DNA from: a virus
IMG/VR virus record: IMGVR_UViG_3300035698_016830
Coordinates: 29,237 to 93,236 of that record
Strand: one strand, 5' to 3'
Length of the DNA stretch: 64,000 bases
The notes below the pieces were generated by a model, which saw only the letters and a program-made list of their open reading frames with translations, made no database searches and was not told where the DNA came from. A program made the position numbers and the translations under genes. Shown piece by piece: positions 1-7,410 of this stretch (the stretch's first letter is position 1; every line of letters begins with the position of its first letter).

Positions 1-288
1 GCTGATGTAGCTTTGAATTCAGGATCTTGTCCTGTATATCCTATTTTGAAAAGGGCTGATGAGAAGTGGGTTACTGAGAAGGCCTATAATAACCCTAAGT
101 TTGTTGAGGACGCTGCTCGTGATGCGTATATATCATTGGGCGTTAAAATGCCTAACAGATTCAAAGAAGCGCAGTGGCTTCTTGTTTTTGTTTCTAGTGA
201 AGAAAGTATACATCATCATAATGCTTTTGCTAGGATAGAGGTTGGGAACAGAAATTCTTTAGTAGATGATTTTATAACTCGAAGTTGA
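1..288 (+). CDS. folE2: GTP cyclohydrolase IB (FolE2), 3' part; start lies upstream of the window
   Basis: Frame is open from base 1. SCPVYPILKRADEKWVTEKAYNNPKFVEDAARD and EESIHHHNAFA match the FolE2 C-terminal motifs. Confidence 0.9.
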   Translation, partial: ADVALNSGSCPVYPILKRADEKWVTEKAYNNPKFVEDAARDAYISLGVKMPNRFKEAQWLLVFVSSEESIHHHNAFARIEVGNRNSLVDDFITRS

Positions 289-298
289 AGGAACTTTT

Positions 299-1420
299 AT
301 GGATAAAAAGGTAAATTTAATGCTTGATTCAGGGGCTTTCTCAGCATGGCGTCAGCAGAATCCTATTGATGTAAAAGAGTACGCAAAATATCTTGAGAAG
401 AATTATGATATTGTTGACACGGTCATTAATTTGGATGTCATGCCAGGCGAGTGTGGGAAGGAAAGGTCTCTTGCAGAGGTTGATTACTCTGCTACACAGA
501 GTTTTAAGAATTTTATATATCTACGCAAGTGTGGTTTTGAAACAATGCCAGTATTTCATCAAGGGGAGAATTTTGTTTGGTTAGAAAAGATACTGGATGC
601 TGGAGGCACCTATATTGGCGTCTCTCCTATAAATAATGCTAGATCTAAGGTTAGAATGCTGTGGATGGACAAGGTATTTGCTTACCTGTGTGGAGATAAA
701 GGATTTCCTGAAGTAAAAACTCATGGGTTTGGTATGACTGTACCATCTCTCGTTAACAGGTATCCTTGGTATTCGGTTGATAGTATTTCATGGATATTGA
801 TAGGGGCCTTTGGTAGTATTTTGATACCTAGACTTGTTAATGGAAAACCAGATTATAAGGAAAAAGTCAATTTAATTTCTATGTCAACAAGGGGATCTAA
901 ATTTGTGAGGGCCGGTGCAGGTACTGTGAGAAGCTATCAAACTTTTGGAATTAAAGAAAAAAAGTGTATTGAAGATTATTGTAATCAGCTAGGTTTTGAT
1001 ATTGCCTCAGTACAAACTAATGGTTATGTCAGGAAGGAAATAAACCTTCTTTTTTATAAAAATCTAGCTAATAGTTTTACTCCAAAAATAGTTTCAGAGA
1101 GGGCAAAGAGTCTTTTTATGACTAATAAAAGTAGTTTAGGTACTACACACAGTAAATGGAATAAATTGAAGTTTGTATTTGGTGGTGGTGGTGGTTCTAT
1201 TAGCGCTCATGGAGAAATTTTACAGCGTAATAATGAGCATGAAAGATTACTTTCCTACTATGAGATGAGAAGTAAACCGGAAACATACTTGTCTTATTAT
1301 ATAAATACAGGACAGTTTCCAAAAACAAGGAAGAAGTTACATAAATCTAAATCAAAAACCAAACGTGTTAGAAATCGTATAATAAAGAAACGCACTAAAT
1401 TAAAAAGAATCGGAGAATAA
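299..1420 (+). CDS. DpdA/TGT-like 7-deazaguanine transglycosylase (TIM barrel) with basic C-terminal extension
   Basis: LDSGAFSAW, INLDVMPG, MPVFHQGE, KTHGFG and PWYSVDSISW motifs of phage TGT-like proteins; directly follows folE2. Confidence 0.7.
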   Translation: MDKKVNLMLDSGAFSAWRQQNPIDVKEYAKYLEKNYDIVDTVINLDVMPGECGKERSLAEVDYSATQSFKNFIYLRKCGFETMPVFHQGENFVWLEKILDAGGTYIGVSPINNARSKVRMLWMDKVFAYLCGDKGFPEVKTHGFGMTVPSLVNRYPWYSVDSISWILIGAFGSILIPRLVNGKPDYKEKVNLISMSTRGSKFVRAGAGTVRSYQTFGIKEKKCIEDYCNQLGFDIASVQTNGYVRKEINLLFYKNLANSFTPKIVSERAKSLFMTNKSSLGTTHSKWNKLKFVFGGGGGSISAHGEILQRNNEHERLLSYYEMRSKPETYLSYYINTGQFPKTRKKLHKSKSKTKRVRNRIIKKRTKLKRIGE

Positions 1421-1424
1421 GACA

Positions 1425-2492
1425 ATGAACAGAATCAAACTAATGGATTCACTTGCTCAAGTGACTCCTGCATTATCAACTAAGAATATGGTTCCTGCTT
1501 TTTCCTGTGTTTGCTTTACAGGTAAAACCATGCAGACTTATAATGATGTTATTGCTTTACAGTTAAAATTCAAAAGTGATTATGTTGGTGGGGTTGTCGG
1601 GAAACTGCTTTCAACTTTTGTAAAGACCGCTGCGACTGATGAAATAGAATTTACTCCTGAAGGTGAAGAGTTGCTGCTAAAGTCTGGCAGATCAAAACTC
1701 ACAGTAACACCTTTATCAGAGGGTGAGTTTGTTTTTAAGATGCCAAAACTAAAAGAAGGAAACAAGATAGCTTGCCCTGAGAATCTGGTTAACGCAGTGA
1801 ATAGGGTTTGTCTTTCATTGGGCAGAGATCCAGGTTTTCCAACTACGATGGGGGTGACAATTATTCCAAAGAAGAAAGGTGTTTATCTTTGTTCAGCAGA
1901 AGGCTCATCTGCAATCACAAGAGTGTTCCTGAAAGATAAGGATTTTTCTAATGCTTTGCCAGGACCAATTTTGCTACCTCCTCAATTGTGTGATTTCTTC
2001 TTGAAGATTGCTTCTAAGGACTCACCTAAAAATATGTATCTGTCTGAGGAGTGGGTAATCTTTACTTTTGAATCTGGATTGAAGTTATTTTCTCGCTTGG
2101 GTGAAGAAATTGATCCAGAGTTGTTTGAAGGGGCTATGCGTAACCATTACACGCCGAACAAGGATTCATTCGTAACCTTACCATCAGGCACCGAAGGTGC
2201 GTTAGATCGAGCACTAGCCGTGTTAGATGGGGCAGCAGAGAAGATTGGTACTGTATCAGTAAAGAAGAGTCGTTTGCGCATTGAAGCAACCGCAGCGCAA
2301 GGGAGTCTATTTGATGTTCTTAAATTACCTGATCATGACAATGTGAAGATACGATTGGACTTAGTTCGTTTTAAGTCAGCTTTGCAGTTTGCTGACTCAA
2401 TCTTCATTACTGAGGATTCTGTATTATTAAAGCAAGGGAGTCTTGTACATTTAATTGCTGTTCATTATCAAGAAGGCGAAGATGCTGACTAA
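1425..2492 (+). CDS. dnaN: DNA polymerase III beta (sliding clamp)-like protein
   Basis: 355 aa; N-terminus LxxVxPALSTKNMVPAFSCV typical of beta clamps; replication context. Confidence 0.75.
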   Translation: MNRIKLMDSLAQVTPALSTKNMVPAFSCVCFTGKTMQTYNDVIALQLKFKSDYVGGVVGKLLSTFVKTAATDEIEFTPEGEELLLKSGRSKLTVTPLSEGEFVFKMPKLKEGNKIACPENLVNAVNRVCLSLGRDPGFPTTMGVTIIPKKKGVYLCSAEGSSAITRVFLKDKDFSNALPGPILLPPQLCDFFLKIASKDSPKNMYLSEEWVIFTFESGLKLFSRLGEEIDPELFEGAMRNHYTPNKDSFVTLPSGTEGALDRALAVLDGAAEKIGTVSVKKSRLRIEATAAQGSLFDVLKLPDHDNVKIRLDLVRFKSALQFADSIFITEDSVLLKQGSLVHLIAVHYQEGEDAD

Positions 2493-3828
2493 ATATAATG
2501 ATTTTTTAATTAGTAAGAGGGTCAATACAGATTTCAGGGGTTTTGAGCCTACTTGGATTCCTGATTTCCTATTTGACTTTCAGAAAGAGTTGGTGGTTTG
2601 GTCAATCAAGAAAGGACAAGCAGCTATCTTTGCTGACTGTGGCCTCGGAAAAACGCCGATGCAACTTGTATGGGCTCAAAATGTGGTCGAGCAAACAGGT
2701 AAGAGTGTACTTATTTTTGCTCCTTTAGCAGTAACTAATCAAACAGTACGAGAGGCGAAAAAATTTGGTATCGGTATTCATAAAACACGAAATGGAAAAG
2801 TGCATAAGGGTATTAACATTACAAATTATGAGAGGCTGCATTATTTTGATCAAAAAGACATAGCAGGTATTGTTATAGATGAATCTGGAATAATCAAAAA
2901 CTTTGCAGGTAAGTTTCGTCAAAATATCACAGAGTTTACCAAAGACATACCATATCGTTTATTATGCACGGCTACCCCTTCTCCTAATGACTACATGGAA
3001 CTTGGGACATCAGCAGAGCTCCTTTCTAACATGACTAGAATGCAGATGCTAGGTATGTTCTTCACAAACTCAGGAGATAGTACACAGCAGTGGCTTTTAA
3101 AAGGACATGCAAAGAAGAGGTTTTGGGAATGGGTGGCTACTTGGGCACGAGCTATAAGAAAGCCATCAGATTTTGGATATGATGATGGTGATTTTGTACT
3201 TCCTAAAATGGGGATAAAATACCATACTTTAGAGACGCCACCAATAAGAGGATATTTATTTAATGTGGCAGCAAGAACTTTGCAGCAGCAGAGATCAGAA
3301 CGCAATAGGTCTATTAATGAGCGTTGTGAGATGACTGCTGACATTGCAATCAAAGCTAATGACTACCATCTATGTTGGTGCAATCTTAACAAGGAGGGCG
3401 ATTTACTTGAAAAATTAATTCCTGGTTCTATTCAAGTTGCTGGAGCTAACTCAGATGAAGAAAAGGAGGAACGGTTAGAGGCTTTTGCAAATGGTGAGTT
3501 TAAGGTTCTTGTAACCAAAACAAAAATAGCCTGTTTTGGTTTGAATCTTCAGCATTGTAATGCTATGACTTTCTTTCCTAGTCATTCACATGAGCAGTTC
3601 TATCAGGCTTTAAGAAGGTGCTGGAGGTTTGGTCAGAAGCGGTCAGTAACCTGCAACATTGTTATGACTGACAGGGAATCTCTTATTGTTTCTAATATGA
3701 TAAGGAAAGAGAAGCAAGCGGTAGAAATGTATGATCAGATAATAAAAGAGATGCACGAATTTCAAACTAATAAAAGAGTTGTCAAAAAGGTACTTCCTGA
3801 AATGATGCAACTTCCAGAATGGTTATAA
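2482..3828 (+). CDS. SNF2/SF2-like helicase
   Basis: Walker A-like FADCGLGKT, DESG Walker B variant, CTATPSPND, GLNLQHC and RRCWRFGQ. ATG 2482 is preferred over 2455 because it has an SD (AGAAGG). Confidence 0.85.
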   Translation: MLTKYNDFLISKRVNTDFRGFEPTWIPDFLFDFQKELVVWSIKKGQAAIFADCGLGKTPMQLVWAQNVVEQTGKSVLIFAPLAVTNQTVREAKKFGIGIHKTRNGKVHKGINITNYERLHYFDQKDIAGIVIDESGIIKNFAGKFRQNITEFTKDIPYRLLCTATPSPNDYMELGTSAELLSNMTRMQMLGMFFTNSGDSTQQWLLKGHAKKRFWEWVATWARAIRKPSDFGYDDGDFVLPKMGIKYHTLETPPIRGYLFNVAARTLQQQRSERNRSINERCEMTADIAIKANDYHLCWCNLNKEGDLLEKLIPGSIQVAGANSDEEKEERLEAFANGEFKVLVTKTKIACFGLNLQHCNAMTFFPSHSHEQFYQALRRCWRFGQKRSVTCNIVMTDRESLIVSNMIRKEKQAVEMYDQIIKEMHEFQTNKRVVKKVLPEMMQLPEWL

Positions 3829-3843
3829 GGTGTATAGAGATAT

Positions 3844-4830
3844 ATGAGAGTAAAATTAAACAAGCAACTTATAAAAGATGAATACAGTATTTATTGTGGT
3901 GATTGTTGTAAGGTTGTTAAAGGACTACCAGATGAATCAGTAGGCTTTAGCGTGTTTTCACCCCCATTTTGTAATCTATATTCTTACTCAGATGATGAAG
4001 CTGATATGGGCAATTCTAAAGGGTATGAGGAGTTCTTTGATCATTTCTCATTCTTGATAAAAGAGTTGCATAGGATAACAAAGCCGGGAAGAAATATAGT
4101 AGTTCATTGTATGGACTTACCTGTAGCAAAACAGAATGCTGGCTATATTGGAATAAAAGACTTTCCTGGTGATCTAGTACGCGCATTTGAAAAGTTGGGT
4201 TTCATTTTTCACGCTCGTTTTTGTGTGTGGAAAGATCCACTATTGGCTGCTGTAAGGACTAAGGCGTTAGGTTTAGCCCATAAGCAGATAATTAAAGATT
4301 CTGTTATGTGTCGCACCGGTATTCTTGATTATGTGTTGGTATTTCGTAAGCCAGGGGAAAATACAATACCAGTACAGCACTCAAAGGGATTGACAGAGTA
4401 TTATGGAAGTAGAAAAGTACCCAAAGAGCTAGATCATTTTTTAACAAAAAAGAACTTAGTACAAAAAGAAAATAAAAGGTCACATTGGATCTGGCAACAG
4501 TACGCATCTCCTGTTTGGTTTGATATAAGGCAAGGGAACGTATTATCTTTTCGTGGTGGTAGATCAGAGGAAGATCAGAAGCATATTTGTCCACTGCAAT
4601 TAGATGTGATAGAAAGATGTATAGCTTTATGGTCTACTGAAGGTGATGTTGTGTTTACTCCATTTATGGGTATTGGCTCAGAAATATATGTGGCTGTGAA
4701 AAATAAAAGAAAAGGTATTGGGATTGAATTAAAAGAATCATATTATGATCAAGCTGCAAAAAATCTAAAAAGTATATTTAGATATAAGAGAACATCACTT
4801 TTAGTAAAAGAAGGCGAAGATGATGCATAA
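3844..4830 (+). CDS. DNA N4-cytosine/N6-adenine methyltransferase (beta class)
   Basis: Catalytic VFSPPF precedes SAM-binding FTPFMGIGS; HICPLQLDVIERC; usual partner of the upstream helicase. Confidence 0.9.
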   Translation: MRVKLNKQLIKDEYSIYCGDCCKVVKGLPDESVGFSVFSPPFCNLYSYSDDEADMGNSKGYEEFFDHFSFLIKELHRITKPGRNIVVHCMDLPVAKQNAGYIGIKDFPGDLVRAFEKLGFIFHARFCVWKDPLLAAVRTKALGLAHKQIIKDSVMCRTGILDYVLVFRKPGENTIPVQHSKGLTEYYGSRKVPKELDHFLTKKNLVQKENKRSHWIWQQYASPVWFDIRQGNVLSFRGGRSEEDQKHICPLQLDVIERCIALWSTEGDVVFTPFMGIGSEIYVAVKNKRKGIGIELKESYYDQAAKNLKSIFRYKRTSLLVKEGEDDA

Positions 4831-7366
4831 ACCCCTGGTTTCCAGGATCACCAGTAAGAATATATCTGCAAGGGCTGTGAAGAAGGCTGTAAGTAGACAG
4901 ACAACAGAGTATTTAAGGGAGAGTGGATGTTCTGCCTGTCCTATGACAAAGCTTCCTAATGGGTGTCCTGAAATGCCTTTCATAGGTCCAAAGGATGCTG
5001 ATATTTATGTACTATTATCTGATGTTTCTACTGATGATTTGGAAGAAAAAGAATACTTAGTAAATACGCAGATCCTTGATAATGCTTTGAATGGTGTGCC
5101 TGTTAGATACGGAGTTTGTGTTAGGGGACAAGCTAAATCTGTCATTGATATTAAGGCACCGAAAGATATTATTTCCCATTGTTGCAGCTCTTCTATCATC
5201 GAAGATATTGTAAGGGTCAAGCCCAAAGTAATAATAGCTTGTGGCATGGCTGCTACATCTTGGGTTTTGCCTGGTGCAGTTGATGGGATTTATGCTTGGA
5301 GAGGCCGTATGGCCCCTACTAAGATCGGTACTCATTCTTGTTGGGTTGCCCCTGTGATGGACCCTGAAGATGTAGATAATCTAGCTAAAAATATAATGAA
5401 GATACCACCAAAGGAGTGGAAGAAAGCTTTTCATGTAGATGTTCGTAGAGCTATTAGTCGTTCTAAAAAGAAAGTAGTCATAAAGGTTCCAGATATTAAG
5501 GAAATAAAACAGGGCATTAGATATGTTATTGGGGTGGAAGGTGACTTAGCAAAAGTAAAGAAGCATTTGAAGAAGATGGCTGGGAAACCATTAGTCACTT
5601 TTGATATTGAAACTAGTTGCTTGCGTCCTTATACAAAAGGGGCAAAGATTCTTTCTATTGCTGTTGGTACGGGCAAGGATGTGCTTGCTTTTCCTATTGA
5701 TCATCCTCGTGATAAGTGGACTATAAAGAAGAGAAGGTCAGTAAAGAAATATTTACTGGAATTCTTAATGGCTAAGATTAAGAAAGTAGGGCAGAGCACC
5801 GATTTTGATTTAGAGTGGCTACTTGATATGTTTGGTCCCTCATTCATGCAATTTGGATCATGGCATGATAGCCAGGCTCAAGCATACATTCTCGATAATA
5901 GGGCAAGTTTGCAGAGTTTAGATGCCTTGTGCCTTATTAATTTCGGATTCAATTTGAAAGTTATTTCTAATGTGAACAGGAAGAATTGTTTAGCTGCTGA
6001 TTTGAAGGATCTTCTTATCTATAACGCACTCGATGTAAAATGGACCCATAAGGTTTTTCTGAAGCAATTGAAGCTGCTTAAAAAGAGGGGTATGCTATCT
6101 ATTTATAATATGCAGGCTAAGAGGTCTAAGACCATAGCTTATTCTCAGAATATAGGTATTCCAATTGATCAAGAGCGAGGAGCAGAATTATCAAAAGAAT
6201 TAAAGAAAAAGGAAGATAGGGCTTTAGATAAGCTGCTTGATATGGATTGCGTGAAATTGTATAAGAAAAGGTGTGGTAAAACATTCTCACCTACATCTTC
6301 TCCAGCTTGCGTAGTACTATTTAGAGATATTTTAAAAGTAAAGTGGGAAGGCAAAGGAAAGTTTTCAGCAGACAAAACAGCTTTAAAATTATTTGATCAT
6401 CCAGCAGCAAAACAAATATTATCATACAGGGCAGCTTCGAAAAGAAGAGGCACTTATGTGGATAATATGTTGGTGGCTACGAAGGGTTCTAATGTTTATC
6501 CAGACGGAAAACTACACGTGTCTTTTAATTCAACTTTTACAGATACAGGGCGTTTTAGTACATCAGGACCAAATCTTAATTGGCCGAAGAGAGAAGGGAA
6601 GGAAACTAGAACATTAGTAGTTCCTCCTCCTAGAGATATTATAGCTTCTTATGATTATGGTCAAATAGAAGCTCGCGTAGCAGGGATGGTGAGTAAGGAT
6701 AAGAAGTATTGTAAGTCTTTGTGGGATAGGTTTGATATTCATATGCATTGGGCTGAAGTAATTGTAAAGGCCTATCCAAAGATATTGGATAAATATGAAG
6801 GAACACAAAAAGAGAGAATTAAAACATTTCGAGGATATGTAAAGAATCAATTTGTGTTTCCTGTTATTTACGGATCTATGATGGAATCTGCTGCTAGAAA
6901 TTTACAGATACCACCAAAGATCTTCAGTCCCGTTTACAATGAGTTTTGGGAAACTTATTCTACTATTCGTAAGTGGCAAAAAGAATTGATTGAGTTTTAT
7001 AAGCATAATTTTTATGTGGAGAGTCTTACTGGTCGCAGGCGTTATGGGCCTTTAAATATGAATATGGTTTGTAACACCCCTGTTCAAGGGCCCGCTAGTG
7101 ATATTGTAGTTGATGCTATGGATAGAATAAGTGAAATAGCTGTGCAGAAGGATATGCCTTGTTTACAGCCTGTAATGAATATACATGATGATTTAACGTT
7201 TTTCTTACCAAATAAATCTGATAAATATGAAGAGATCATTATAGAGCAGATGTTAAATGTTCCATTTGATTGGGTTAACGTGCCTATCACTATTGAATGT
7301 GAAAAAGGTAAAAATTGGTGTGATATGAAAAAAGCAGGTGAGTTTTCATCTGATCAATATTTGTAA
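4820..7366 (+). CDS. polA: Family A DNA polymerase with N-terminal uracil-DNA-glycosylase-like domain and 3'-5' exonuclease
   Basis: Exonuclease FDIET and YNALDV; motif A DYGQIEARV, motif B RGYVKNQFVFPVIYG, motif C NIHDDL; N-terminal CxxC..C and KPKVIIACG typical of the UDG family 4 fold. Confidence 0.92.
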   Translation: MMHKPLVSRITSKNISARAVKKAVSRQTTEYLRESGCSACPMTKLPNGCPEMPFIGPKDADIYVLLSDVSTDDLEEKEYLVNTQILDNALNGVPVRYGVCVRGQAKSVIDIKAPKDIISHCCSSSIIEDIVRVKPKVIIACGMAATSWVLPGAVDGIYAWRGRMAPTKIGTHSCWVAPVMDPEDVDNLAKNIMKIPPKEWKKAFHVDVRRAISRSKKKVVIKVPDIKEIKQGIRYVIGVEGDLAKVKKHLKKMAGKPLVTFDIETSCLRPYTKGAKILSIAVGTGKDVLAFPIDHPRDKWTIKKRRSVKKYLLEFLMAKIKKVGQSTDFDLEWLLDMFGPSFMQFGSWHDSQAQAYILDNRASLQSLDALCLINFGFNLKVISNVNRKNCLAADLKDLLIYNALDVKWTHKVFLKQLKLLKKRGMLSIYNMQAKRSKTIAYSQNIGIPIDQERGAELSKELKKKEDRALDKLLDMDCVKLYKKRCGKTFSPTSSPACVVLFRDILKVKWEGKGKFSADKTALKLFDHPAAKQILSYRAASKRRGTYVDNMLVATKGSNVYPDGKLHVSFNSTFTDTGRFSTSGPNLNWPKREGKETRTLVVPPPRDIIASYDYGQIEARVAGMVSKDKKYCKSLWDRFDIHMHWAEVIVKAYPKILDKYEGTQKERIKTFRGYVKNQFVFPVIYGSMMESAARNLQIPPKIFSPVYNEFWETYSTIRKWQKELIEFYKHNFYVESLTGRRRYGPLNMNMVCNTPVQGPASDIVVDAMDRISEIAVQKDMPCLQPVMNIHDDLTFFLPNKSDKYEEIIIEQMLNVPFDWVNVPITIECEKGKNWCDMKKAGEFSSDQYL

Positions 7367-7410
7367 TTTGGATTAAACAGTATAGTAATATATAAGGAGA
7401 AATAAGAATC

